Assembly (NCBI RefSeq): GCF_001194135.2
Contig: NC_068983.1
Coordinates: 106,898,328 to 106,962,327, forward strand
Source: Octopus bimaculoides
Taxonomy: Eukaryota
Direction of reading: 5' to 3'
Length of the DNA stretch: 64,000 bases
The notes below the pieces were generated by a model. That model worked only from the letters and a program-made list of their open reading frames with translations. It was not told the DNA's origin and did not search any database. The position numbers were made by a program, and so were the translations under genes. Below are positions 39,539 through 52,994 of the stretch, one piece after another (the stretch's first letter is position 1; each line of letters opens with the position of its first letter).

Positions 39539-39785
39539 CACACAAATAAGAGGAATGACCAGCAAAAGTGGACTCCTATATGCTAGAAATAGATGCCAGA
39601 TCATCTAACCACGAAGAATATATTCTCAGTAAAATTTCAGCGAAACGACAGACTGTAAAAGGGCAAGACAAATAAAAAAATACTAAATAAAAAAAACGAT
39701 TAACCTACGTACCAATGGTTTCACCTGTTAATACTTACATAAGTAAATATCTGCAGGATCATCAGCGTAGTCTGTCGATTTATGG

Positions 39786-39789
<4 letters not shown>
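39539..39789 (-). mobile_element. ~250 bp (TA)n-flanked unit carrying a hammerhead ribozyme: retrozyme-like monomer or Penelope-like LTR
   Basis: Non-coding unit bounded by TA tracts on both sides, containing the 39705-39770 hammerhead. Confidence 0.6.
39705..39770 (-). ncRNA. Type I hammerhead ribozyme (predicted)
   Basis: Minus strand reads CUACG-CUGAUGA-U-CCUG...(UACUUA-UG-UAAGUA)...CAGG-U-GAAA-CC-AUU-GG-UA^CGUAG. All core nucleotides are present. Stem I is CUACG/CGUAG, stem II is CCUG/CAGG with an apical hairpin, stem III is ACC/GGU, and the cleavage triplet is GUA (cut between 39710 and 39709). Confidence 0.8.
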
Positions 39790-39826
<37 letters not shown>

Positions 39827-39984
39827 ACCATGTTGTACTGTTAATCCCTAAACATTCTTTTTTCCTGTGGTAAATAGCTTGCTTACCAACCACATGGTCC
39901 CGGGTTCAGTTCCACTGCGTGGAACCTTGGGCAAGTGTCTTCTACTATAGCCTTGGGCCGACCAAAGCCTTGTGAGTGGCACAG

Positions 39985-40568
39985 GCACTTCAAAAGGGAA
40001 AGAACGTCACAGGAAGACGATGAGTGATCTGGAAGCCCTGCCATGAGTGTCACCTCAAGAAATGTGAAACAAATTCATCAGCTTGTGCATGAGGACCATT
40101 GGAGAGCAATCAATAATGTTTTGAAGCATTTGAGGGAAGACATTTGGTGAAAGCAACTAGATTTGTGGAGCGCAAAGAATTGGATTCTTCACAATGACAA
40201 TGTACTCTGTCACCAAGCTCTCCTCACTCATGAGTTTCTCATCAACAACAACATGGCATCACTTCTACACTTGCCCTCTTCGCCAGATTTAGCACCTGCA
40301 GACTTCTGTCTCTTCCCCAAGAGGAAAATGCAGCTCAAAGGTTGCCATTTTATTACTGTTTTCAAGATCCAGAGCAAATCACAGAAGGTTCTTGACTCAC
40401 TTATAGAAAACAACTTCCAGGCCAGATTCCAAAAGTGGTATGAATGCTGGGACCAGTGTTTTACTGTGCAAAGTGACTCTTTCGAAGGAAATGATGTTAA
40501 AACTTAGGTAAATAAGTTAATGTTTTTATTAAACATAAGTAGTCCGAGAATCTTATGATACCACCTTG
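39985..40568 (+). mobile_element. 3' fragment of a mariner (DD34D) transposon with its right TIR
   Basis: Peptide WILHNDNVLCH...HLPSSPDLAPADFCLFPKRKMQLKG...FQKW..CWDQC matches the HHDNA-H and YSPDLAP-DF motifs. Ends ...ATGATACCACCTTG|TA. Confidence 0.88.
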
Positions 40569-40570
40569 TA

Positions 40571-40915
40571 CTTCTGTACTTGCACACCTCTACACACATA
40601 CACACACTGCACTAAAATACATGTACCATACTTCCCTGACATGGATACACTCTTATTCTTGCATATACCTTCTGTCCCCTACATCTACAACAGAGCAGCA
40701 TTCTCATCTGGTTTATCATCCTTTGATCATTTTTTTGTCACAGTCTACTTCTCTTTCTTACTGTCCTTTATGCTTCTCTCTTTCATCTGATGAAGGACTA
40801 ATGTCTGAAATGTTAAAGCACTTTCTCTTTCTATTAAAACATTCTACTAATACCTTATGCATTAAACCATGACCCGCTTGTGTTGATCATTTTTAATATT
40901 CATTATATTTACATT
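40571..40915 (+). mobile_element. Penelope-like LTR remnant with a degenerate minimal hammerhead motif at 40780-40818
   Basis: CTGATGA-A-GGAC-TAAT-GTCT-GAAAT-GTT-AAAG has the same layout as the motif at 9364-9398. Pyrimidine-rich flanks. Confidence 0.5.
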
Positions 40916-42901
40916 ACATTACATACAAACATACACACACACATACATACATTCATGCATAAATACACACATACATACAAACACGCACACATACATACAT
41001 ACATACATACATACATACATACATACATACATACATACATACAAATAAAACTATTGGAGTATATCCTGCTAGCCATAAACAATTTGAAAAAACTTTTCTG
41101 TAATAGAGATTTTTTTTCTGATCACATCGAAATTCATAAATTTAAATAACAAATACTAAAGTAGTTGTATGAAATACTTTAGAAGCCTATAGAAATTTTA
41201 ATACCACAAAACTTATCAATATTAAAAAAATTGTATTTCATATAGAGTAGTATGTGGAAAATAAATTAAAATATTGCACTTTAATATGTTTGCAAAACAA
41301 AACAAAAAATCAAGAGTATTTCATCAGGAACTATTTTAGCTGGTACTGCCAGTGTTGTAAAGCAATTATTTCACCTGATTACCTGTTTTAAAACAAGTAT
41401 TATTTTGTTTTATTTTCTTCATACCAGTTCCTCTCTGCTTTCATTTTTCTATTCTTTGTTTTCTTCCTTAACTATTTCATTCCATTTTTTGGAGATTGCT
41501 AGCTATGTGAAGAAATTATTTCAAATCATTATTCATGAAAAAAAAAGTGTAAAAAAACTATTTTATAAAAAAAAAAAATTCCACCACCTTCACTACTACC
41601 ACAACCACAACCACAACCATCATCACAACAATGACAACAATATTCTTACATTCGTTACCATGTCTGCATGTGTTGGATTATCATCTGTATCATGGTATCT
41701 CACATTTGTTGAGGTCCTTTGCCATTTCCTTTATCAGCTTCAGCTTCTTGATTTTCAGTTTTCATCACTTTCTCCCAATGTCTTCCTTCTAACACATCCC
41801 AGTCCACGGGAGTTCAGTTACCCCTTTTGCATGTAAAATTTTTTTTCACCTCATCTGTTGTCAAACAAACGCAACAACTGTCTTTCTCTCCCTATGTCTA
41901 TAAGCAATTTATATTCATCCCAACGACTTTATTTTTCATTATTTTCACTTCAGTTTATATCTAATGAATTTATACGAAATTCAAGATAATGTTAATTGGG
42001 ATAACGACAATAAGAGATTATACGTAAATTTTCCTTCCATTTCATATATATATCACTAAAAAATAAACCTCTTCAGAACTGATTGGTAGAATGCAATAAT
42101 AATTATGCAATACTTGATTTGTGAAGCCAGATTAAAATAAGACCAGAAGTCAAGCAGTAATATAACAAATTTTAATTTAGAACAGCAATCAAACCAAATT
42201 TTATGAAAATGTGTTTGGCATGTGTATGTGTATTTTTATGTTTTACAAAGTCAATATGTAGAATGTATTATGAAAATGTGTGCATTTATTTTCTTGTTTT
42301 ACAAAGTTAATGGAATAATTTGCTGTGAAAATGTTATAGAAAATGTACACACATATGTTCATGTTTGTAAAGTTAAAATGCTTAAATGCAGATAATTTAT
42401 AGCAGTAATGACAGTTATAATGACAATGTTTTTAAAGCAGCAGCAGCAGTTATTCTGTTGAGGTAAAGACACAAAAGCTAACTACTAATTAAAAATGTGA
42501 GAATATAATGACAAAACTTACTTGTGTATTCCACTTATACTTTTTGTTACCATATTTCTGTTGAAATATACTGCCTTTGTTTCAATTAATTTTTAAAATG
42601 ATGAAGAATTTAGGAAAATAACTATTGTTATTAAACTGAGGTTTGGAATATAAATTGAACATAAAATTTTGATGGAATGTTTCAATTTCAGTCATTTTAA
42701 AACAAAAAGTGTGTATCAGGGAACCAAGGGTGGTGTCAAGCAGATTGGTATCAAAAAGTTTAAATAGCTATAAAGGGCTCACAAACTGCAGGGTGCTGAT
42801 TGATTAAAATTTTTGATTGGCTAAAATAACACATGTCACAATGGTAAAACTATACCATGTACATAAGGATATCCTCCTCCTCCTCCTCCTCCTCCTCCTC
42901 C

Positions 42902-42941
<40 letters not shown>

Positions 42942-45052
42942 TTAATGTTTGTCTTCCATGCTGGCATGGGTTAGATTGTTTGACCAGGGCTGGCAATCTG
43001 GGGATCTGCACCAGACTCCAATCTGATTTGGCATGGTATCTATTGCTGGATTCCCTTCCTGATACCGACCAGTCTACAGAGTGTGCTGGGTGCTTTTACA
43101 TGGCACCACATAGGCACTTTTACATGGCATCACTTGGGTGCTTTTACGTGGTGCCACACAGGCACTTTTATATAAAATAACTTTGAAAACAAAATGCATT
43201 ACATGTATATAATACTGGTAAAATGTCTTAAATTGAGTTACAGGTTAAATATATTTGATGTGCTCAAAATAATTCATTTTTTCCCATTTTCTTTGTTTTC
43301 TGTGGAAAATATTTTCCTGTAAAATACATACAATTGTTCTGTAGGATAAAAGTACTTTGAATAAACTTCTCCCAGATTCAATGATTAAACACTGCATTAA
43401 CAATACCAGCTTTAGATTGACTTCATGTAGATCTAAAGCAAATATGATAAGAAATACATCAATATAGCAAGAACTTTAAATTAGTTATCCCCCAGAGTAA
43501 ATTGTTTTGTGAATGAGTGATATCTTACATAGAATTCCAAATTAGGAATGTTTGATTCAAAGTTGAAGTAGGCTACTAAATATATAAAGTGATTTGTTAC
43601 CTAAAGACATATCTGCAGATTCGTAGTAAAAGTAAAATGTAACTTTGTGCAAAATTTATGCCTTTCCAAATGGTACTAGTGGAACTAAGTCACCATAACA
43701 AGTAAATCTACATTTGGTTTCTTACAAACCTCTAACATAAATAATTTAACACATTGATGTGTGTGTGTGTGTGTGCATAAATGAAATGAAAATGAACTGA
43801 GAGAACTAACTCAGATTGTCCAGTGGCATGTTCTTTCTTTTACAACAAAGATGAATAAGAGTATATTAAATAACAATACAACATACAAGATAAAATCTTG
43901 ATTTATTGAAATTATCTCTGCTTCCAGAAAGTGTAGGCCAATTGCTTGGAGACAGTTGGTACTAGCACCAAATGAGAAAGGTAGATAATCTCAAGTATCA
44001 ATAATTTTCCAGAAGTGACACACACACACACACACACATACACATGCAAAGAAACATAAATATATGCTAATATATAAATATAAAGGAAGAGGGATTTGGA
44101 AAAATCCCCTTTGGTCGTGAGTGACCATGGGATTACACCTAGAATTTTCCCCTCTGAGACACAAGTCCATGTAAGGTTGTTTGTGGAAGGCCAGCCAGCA
44201 CCCCTGCATACCAACCACCCATCTCCACACCACGGATGTGATCCAAGCAAAGGAAAAGCCTGATATATCATACAGAATATATATATTCAAGACATCATAA
44301 ATAAGAATGGAGAATTGTACATCTTCAAAATTTGTTTATTGCAATATTTCAACTGCATAAGTGTCCTAATATCCCTAAATGTAACATTTACGTGTATCTA
44401 GCTGATTCACATGCAGTACATATTCATCCAAGTTAGAAATAGCTATGCAACTTTGTTCAAGGTTGTTCTTATGTGTGTGGGTGAAGTGAGCTGAGGATTT
44501 CACTCTCTGATAGTCCTTCAAAGTATATTTCAGATGAGGGAATGATAAAAGCTTAACATATACGATAGTAGAAACTGTTTTTAAATATGATACAGCTATA
44601 AATTCTGGTATCATTTAACCTTAGAATAAATGACCTTTTACTATTTAAGGGAGCAGAAACACGTATTGGATTGAGATATTGTAATAGACAAATTTTGAAG
44701 ATGTATAATTCTCCATTCTTAATTATGGTGTCTTTCATATATATATAAATATATATATANNNNNNNNNNNNNNNNNNNNNNNNNNNNNNNNNNNNNNNNN
44801 NNNNNNNNNNNNNNNNNNNNNNNNNNNNNNNNNNNNNNNNNNNNNNNNNNNNNNNNNNNNNNNNNNNNNNNNNNNNNNNNNNNNNNNNNNNNNNNNNNNN
44901 NNNNNNNNNNNNNNNNNNNNNNNNNNNNNNNNNNNNNNNNNNNNNNNNNNNNNNNNNNNNNNNNNNNNNNNNNNNNNNNNNNNNNNNNNNNNNNNNNNNN
45001 NNNNNNNNNNNNNNNNNNNNNNNNNNNNNNNNNNNNNNNNNNNNNNNNNNNN

Positions 45053-45087
<35 letters not shown>

Positions 45088-48000
45088 GACGGGCTTCTTC
45101 AGTTTCTGTCTACCAAATCCACTCACAAGGATTTGGTCAGCCTGAGGCTTTAGTAGAATAGACTTGCACAAGGTGCCATGCAGTGAGACTAAACCCAGGA
45201 CCATGTGGCAAGCTTCTTACCACATAGTCACACCTGCGTCTATACACACACATACACACACACACACATGCACACACACACACATACACACACACAAACA
45301 TGTATTCATTCATACATACATGCATATAAATATGTATATAAATATATATGTGTGTGTACATGTATATTATCTATGTCTATCTATTCATCCATTCATCCAC
45401 TCACCTTGAAATATTTTAATTGAACTAATCAACCTAAGTGCTAAATTTAGGTCTAATACATATTCATATGATGAGTTTCCACACAGTTTTCATTTACCAA
45501 ATTCAATGACAAAGCATTGGTCCATCTGAGACTATTGTTGAAAACACTTGCATATGATCAGAAGTCAAAAATTCCATTGACAACAAGGAAGCACAAGAAG
45601 CTGGTAACCATCAGTGAAGATGAAGCAGTCACCATATATATATCTCTTATCTGTTATTTGTTTCAGTCATTACACTGTGGACATGCTGGAACACCACCTT
45701 GAAGAATTTTAGCCAAATGAATTGACAACCGATGCTGGTGTGTTTGTGTCCTCGTCACTTAGCGGTTCGGCAAAATAGACCGATAGAATAAGTACTAGGC
45801 TTACAAAGAATAAGTCTAGGGGTCGATTTGCTCGACTAAAGGCGGTGCTCCAGCATGGCTGCAGTCAAATGACTGAAACAAGTAAAAGAGTAAAAAAGTA
45901 AAATAGGTATGTATATGTATTTATATTAAAAAATTGTTGATTTGTTAGACAAAGTGTCTTGATGCCATAACATATTATAGAACAAAGAATAAATCTAAGC
46001 TTTTTTCCAACACTTGTGTGTATAATTAAACTTTAACTATATTAAATACTCCAGACAATTTTAAACATTTTTTTTTTTTTCATGCAATGTCTTCATCGAC
46101 AGAGATTTACTCTAAAGTACATTGTTTGTGTGTATGTGCATATATGCATATACACACACACACACACATGTATATGTGTAAATGTGTGTATGAGTATATA
46201 CACACACACACACGTGCACACACACACGCACACACACACATCCACCCACACAAGAAATGGTATAATTAATATTGCTTAAAATGATGGAATCTCTTCAAAA
46301 ATATGCTGATATTAAGTTTCTATTTACAGAGAAATTTCATTTAGACAAAACTAGTTTTATTGATGTGAGTTGTCCTGTCTGAAAGTAAATTAAAGATTTT
46401 ATCATCTCCTGAAATAAGTTGACCTTCAGTTTTTGGTTCTTGGTGTATATTAAGATTGATTTGTCTCATTATTCAATACAGGCAAATTACTTATTGTCTA
46501 TTATTATTTTATTGAGCTATCAGTAATTGGTTTGTCTTTTATAAGACAAGTCAATATTTTGAACAGTATCAATGCAATTATGACCGTCACATAATTAATA
46601 TATTCATTAGTATGGTGTAAAATACACTATCAATTCATATAATCATTAATGACCTCTTTCCCTATACTTATGATTGTCTCAAATTTAAACAGTAACTAGG
46701 CCTAATATTAATTTAATTTTTACTTATTGTCATTTTGGGGAGGAGCATGGTTATTTAAATTGGCCTTAGTAGATCAAATTGACTGTTTTATGATACCTAT
46801 CTTTTGTCTGTAGACAGACAACATAAACCTCAGTAAATTATTCACAGCTATTTCTTTGCCATATGTGAAAAATCTTTGTCAACCGATCAAACAAGTTTCA
46901 GTAGACTGTACTGTACTGATAACATCTAATTGACTGACGCATATCCACAACATGTTCTCATTTCTGCAGTTAAAAGGTCTTTCCTCCGTGTATGTAAGTT
47001 AACCCTGTGACATTAAACTAATTGATTCTTAATTACTTGAAATTATCTGTCCTTTTCTCTGACAGACACAAAATTAAGAGGTAGATTTTAATTAATTAAG
47101 AATATTTTTTATAGAATATTCAGTACATTACTCCTGAACTTGTTTATCTTGTAAGGTTTGAATTTCAAACTTAAAAGAGTGAAACAATAATTTCATCCTT
47201 TGTACAGTAATTTTGTTCAGCTCTCCATTTGACATTTCTCCTATCTAAAACTGCAGTAAATACGTGTTAGCTTATTTAAATGAAAATACTAATGATTAAA
47301 AAAAAAAAATCCCAATATTTGCTTTATGTTGATCCAATTGTTGTTGTTTAGTTCTAGGTCAGACTTGATTTTGCAGATCTATCATCTACCTTAGAAACCA
47401 AGCAAAAAATGAAACTTACAGGTGAGATGAGATCCCCTAAGAGACCAACAACAAGTCATCTAATCAATGAAAGACTGGAAAGGGGATGTAAAAGGAGGAG
47501 GATGATAACACCATCATCATTATCATGTTACAGCTCTGACCCCCATATCTTCTTTTCAGATTTAGTCAATCTAGAACTTCTTTATCCAATATTTCCTTCC
47601 AATTTTTTAAGGCAGATGGGTGAAATTTGTTAGAAATTTGGCTGCTGCATTTTGCAGTTCAGCTAGTCTCACTAGTTTATTAGCTTGATATTAGTTCAAT
47701 ATATATTGACGCTAAGTTATATGATTCTGCTGTATAATTGTTAAATAGTATATTCTTCTTCAGATTTTTAATTTAAAATTATCTTGCCTTCTGCCACATA
47801 TGTATTTGTTCATAAATTTCATATATTGCAACAGCTGCTAAGAAAACTCAGATTAATTTCTTTTACATTTTATTTATGAAGCTGTCAATCAATACAGGCA
47901 TTATAAGGGTTTGATTTGAATTTTCCAGTCAAATTTTTTTCCCTCAAGGATTGTCAACAAGGTTAGCATTATTTATCAAAATTTCCAATAATTGTCAGTC

Positions 48001-51000
48001 TTATCAATTGGGTTTAGATTAAATCTACTATCAATATGACATCTGCCTAGGCAAAGATATTAAGCAATATATGTCAGTGAGGCTCCAGTGCAGGAGCTCA
48101 AGAATTTAGGAATGTATGGAGTAATCCTTTAGTCACCATTACTTCGAAGTCCACTTTGACATTGCCAAGGGCTTCAATTAGGGGTCAAATACCAGAAGAT
48201 GGTTCTGTAGCTAAGGCATACAGGGCTTAGAGAAAGACCTCTAGGCATGAGTTGTACAGACACAATGGTGTGTGGACATGCCCTGGTGTCACATAAATCG
48301 TTTTTCCTTGCTAAGGGGTTTAATAGGATCTGTACATCAAATGTAAGCTTGGAAGAGTAGGAGACAGGAGATTAACTGTAAATGGGAAACCACTGCTGTA
48401 TTTTTCCCAAGAAAAATTAGGGCTCTTCAAACTTTGGCATGGATATTTGTGCTTGCCATCATGTCACACAAAGAGAATGTGTGAGAGACAGATAAACTAC
48501 ATATATGACAAAAGGAAAAAGATAGAAAGCACACACTCTGTAATCCTTTATAGGTAGTTTGGTCGATCTCCCTTCACAGAGGAATTTTCTCCATGTACTA
48601 TGTTTAAGGCAACTTATTTTGAAGGAGACTGTTTCTTTTTTAGACAAATAATCATAGACAGAAACTCTAGGAGTCAGTGAAGTAATATAAACTTGCTCAA
48701 CTAGGAATTGAAATCATATACCAAGAAGTTTTGCTCAACCAACTTATAACCAAATCTATTGTTTTAGAGAAACAAATAAACTTTACATTAAGTTTCAGTA
48801 CTGTGAGAATGATTTACAAGCTAATTGTGAAATTTTTAGTAAATCTCTTAACAAATTTTAATCAGTACTTCATTAATAAATTGTATGTGCATTATGTTAC
48901 TCAGTTTTCTTTACACTGAGTACTAGTCTAAACAATGTGTCGAAATCTGACCATTTCTGTTACTGTCAAGAGTTTTGTAAGCAAGAGGGTAGTCTGCATT
49001 ACTCCATAAGGAACAAAGGACTAGTTTCCCAGATTCTCTAGTGTGTGTGTGTGTGTGTATGTATAGTATATTCTTTCTTCCTAGACAGGGTGCCAGTTCA
49101 TCAGAGGATTGCTCGTTTTTACCAACTGACTGGACTGGAGCAATGTGAAATGAAGTATTTTGCTCAAGAACACAATGTATTGCCTGGTCTATGAATCGAA
49201 ACCACAATCTTACAATCATGAGTCTAACATCCTAACCACTAAGCCATGTGCCTCCACCATTGTAAGCAAGATATTTATCTGGGTGGGGGAATGGGTGATT
49301 AAAATTTAGATGATCACTTATATTTTTCTTTTGTCAGCTTAGCATTGTCTGTCTCCAAGATGCTGCCAAACTGCCAAAACTTTCGAAAAACTGTTAAAAA
49401 AAGAAAAATTATTCGTGGAATCAATGTCTTACTTAGATCTATGGCCATTAGTCTGAATCTGATATCTTCTGAAAACTCTCAAATTACTTAAAATTTCAAC
49501 CCCACATTTAAGAGAGATTAATCAATCAATATTTTACTTATTGATCCCACACAAGTGCAATGGAGTTAATTGACTTTCATAATTAGAAATATTCATTAGT
49601 GGGTGATTAGTCCCATTGACTTATCGGAAATTAGTTGTGATTTTCATTTCTTTATGAAGAGCATTAGGGATATAAACAGAGTGAACAGTTACAATGAAGA
49701 ATCAGAACCTTGTAGCTAACTCAACTTGCAGATTAGCTCGTTATCTAATTTTCAACACTCTGCCATAAATACGATATATCTTTTAGATATCCTGTCATCT
49801 ATAATTTCCCATCAAAATGCTACAAGCAATAAAGATATTTTATACTGTTCCAAATATACAAAAATAAATAAATAAATAAGTGAATAAATAAATATCCAAT
49901 ATCTAATCCTCCTCTATTCTTAAAATCAACTAATTTCCCTTCAATCTGAGTTGTATATATTATAAAGTACTGGAGTACAATAATATAAAAAAACACATTT
50001 CTTTAAAACTCCGCTGAGTTTTGGCTTTTTCAAAACCATATTAAACATGTTTTAGTACATGATAGTAAGTCTTCTTTAAAAACTGTTACAGATCTCAACA
50101 ATAATTCCAAAGTGGCAAAAAAGAAAAGACCTCAAAAAATAGAAAAAAAGAGAATAAAGATGTCAAGTACTTAACAACCAGATTACAATAGATATTGTTT
50201 CTTTTATACTTTGGGTTATTTTTTTTTTTTTTCATAAATGAAAGCAGCAGTTTTGGTTGAAGTTTAATTATTTTGTTTCAGGGGGTCACTAAACATATAG
50301 AATATAGCTCAGATTTCAGTTTACATTAGCTTCAGCTACTCAAGAATCTCAATTTGTTTATAAATCATCCAAGAACAATACTAACAAATGCAGCAAAAAG
50401 TATGCCAGTAGCGGTAGGAAGAACAACATTCTCAGTTATAACAACAAAAGCAATTGTAACTGCAACAAGAACAATACAAGACACTTCTTTGCTTGCAACA
50501 AGTCTAAATATGTACAAATAGTTTCTATATCAAAATCTATGAGTTCTTATATACTTTATCTTGATAAAATCACATTTTTATGATAGCAGAAATTGTACAG
50601 AATTATAGTTAGAAATTCCTGTCTTCATATGTGTGTATATACATATATACACACACATACACACAATTCTTTGAAGAAAACAATGCTTAGATACTTCCTG
50701 CAAACACCAAAAATACATCAATCTACAAACAGAACTTCTGTCAAATTCTGTAGACTATATTATCATGAAGCAATTTATGTTATACTTGTTTTTTTATTTT
50801 TTTATTTATTTTTTAACATTACAATGTTGTTAGCATAACTGATTACTGTTAGACTAAAAGAGTGAAGCTCGAAATATACATCTAACCTAATTTAATTTCA
50901 TTTGTTCATTTTAGAAATTTTCCTTTGTAAAATGAAGATTAAATTAAAACTGCCTTTATGACTGATGATTAGAGATAGAGCACATGTTTGATGTATGCAA

Positions 51001-51747
51001 TTTGAAATTTTGGATATTACATTGTTAATGATGAAGAACTTTTGAGGATCACGCCATGTCACTATATACAATCATCACTAGAGGAGTCAATAAATGGTCA
51101 TGAAATTGACATTAAAATTCCATTGTTTTTGCTAAGAGACAACATTTCTTTAAATGAAAGCATCATCATCATCATTTAACGACCGTTGTACATGCTGGCA
51201 TGAGCTGGACGGTTTGACTAGGGTTAGCAAGCTGAAGGGCTGCACCAGACTCCAGTCTGATTTGGCCTGATTTCTATGACTGGATTCCCTTCCTAATGCC
51301 AACCACTCTGAAAGTGTAATAAGTGCTTTTATGTGTCACCAATATCTGCCACAACTTTTATGCGACACCAATATCTACCACGACTACGGTTTCACTTGGG
51401 TTTTCTACTCAAGCACGGTATATTGCCAAATATTTTGGTCATTTGTAATTGCTTCTCTGAGGTCCAATGTTTGAAAGGTACATTTTATATGCCACTGGCA
51501 CAGGTACTAGTTATGAGACACTAACACAGGTTCTAGTTACATGACACTGACACAGGTGCTAGTTAAGTGACACTGGTATTGGCTACATTGCCTCCAGGAA
51601 GCCTAATGCTTGAAACATGCTTTCTACCTGCTAGTTACGTGACACCAGCATTGGCCACATTACTTCTGAACTTTGCCCAACCTATTCTTATTCTCACAGC
51701 TATGTTCTTGGAGCATCCAGCTCCACTGCTGACTTAGTCACCTAGAT

Positions 51748-52044
51748 CAGGGGTTTTCAAACTGTGGTCTGCGGACCACAGGGGGTCCGCAAGGACAAGA
51801 CAGGGGGTCCGTGCACAGCAAATACTTTTTATGGGCAATTTGATTTTGTATATGTTTTTTAATCAAAAACTTTTAATTGACAATAAACCTATTTGGTAAA
51901 TACTGTTAAATAAATAAATGTAAAAATATATGTTATTTTAAGCAAATATTTATGTATAAATTTCATAAGCATTTATAAGGGGGTCCCTAAGGTAAAGCCT
52001 GAGATATAAAGGGGTCTGCAAGTCAAAAAGTTTGAAAACCCCTG
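51748..52044. mobile_element. hAT-type MITE, 297 bp, with a perfect 8-bp TSD
   Basis: Same TIRs as 29031-29325. TSD ACCTAGAT at 51740-51747 and 52045-52052. Confidence 0.93.
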
Positions 52045-52498
52045 ACCTAGATAACACAAGCTATCAACTACATTTAGCTTACCCTACCCCCACCCAGTAA
52101 TCAATGGAGTCTATTTTCTGTACATTTTTAGTGTTAATTGTACCTGTGCACCTGCCACACACGAAACTATTTTCTCAGTTAACCTTCCTCTGATATTGCT
52201 GCACCATTTATGTGTCCATGGCTTGCATCATGCACATCTAATGGAATTTCTACATACGACTTTGCTACAGATTGAGCAAGGCCATCTACCTGAAAGCATT
52301 TGTGATTTGTCTGCTTTCCTACTTACTAAGACTTTGGTTTTTCTAGGTTAACTCTAAGTCCCTTTGATTCTAGACCTTGCTTCCACACCTGAAATTTCTT
52401 TTCTAGTTCTGTATGTTCTCCTCTAGTTCTTCTTGAGCATATGTCTGAAAAAAAGAATTAGGCACTTCACAAATTTGTATAACACACACACATGCATA

Positions 52499-52556
<58 letters not shown>

Positions 52557-52950
52557 GTGTGTGTGCATGTGTGTATGTGTGCTTTTACATCTGTTTTATC
52601 ATGCTAGCATGGGTTAGATGAATGTGATATTGAGGCATTTGTTTTACAGCTAAATGTCCCTAACCTGTTTTTAAAGTAAAGGATCTCTTATAATACATGG
52701 CTTTCAAAGCCCAACGTTAGCAGGTGATTCAATGACAAAAGAAGTGTCAACAAGAATACCATACAAACAGTGCAACCTTTGCAAAAGTGATCTGCAGGTG
52801 TTAACAAATATGAATACATGGACATGTGATTGCACACACTCACACAGATATATACATATATGCATACATAGCAATCCATCTACCCCCTCCATCCATCTGT
52901 ACATCCGTACATCCATCCATTCATCCATCCATTCATCCATCCATACATAC

Positions 52951-52989
<39 letters not shown>

Positions 52990-52994
<5 letters not shown>

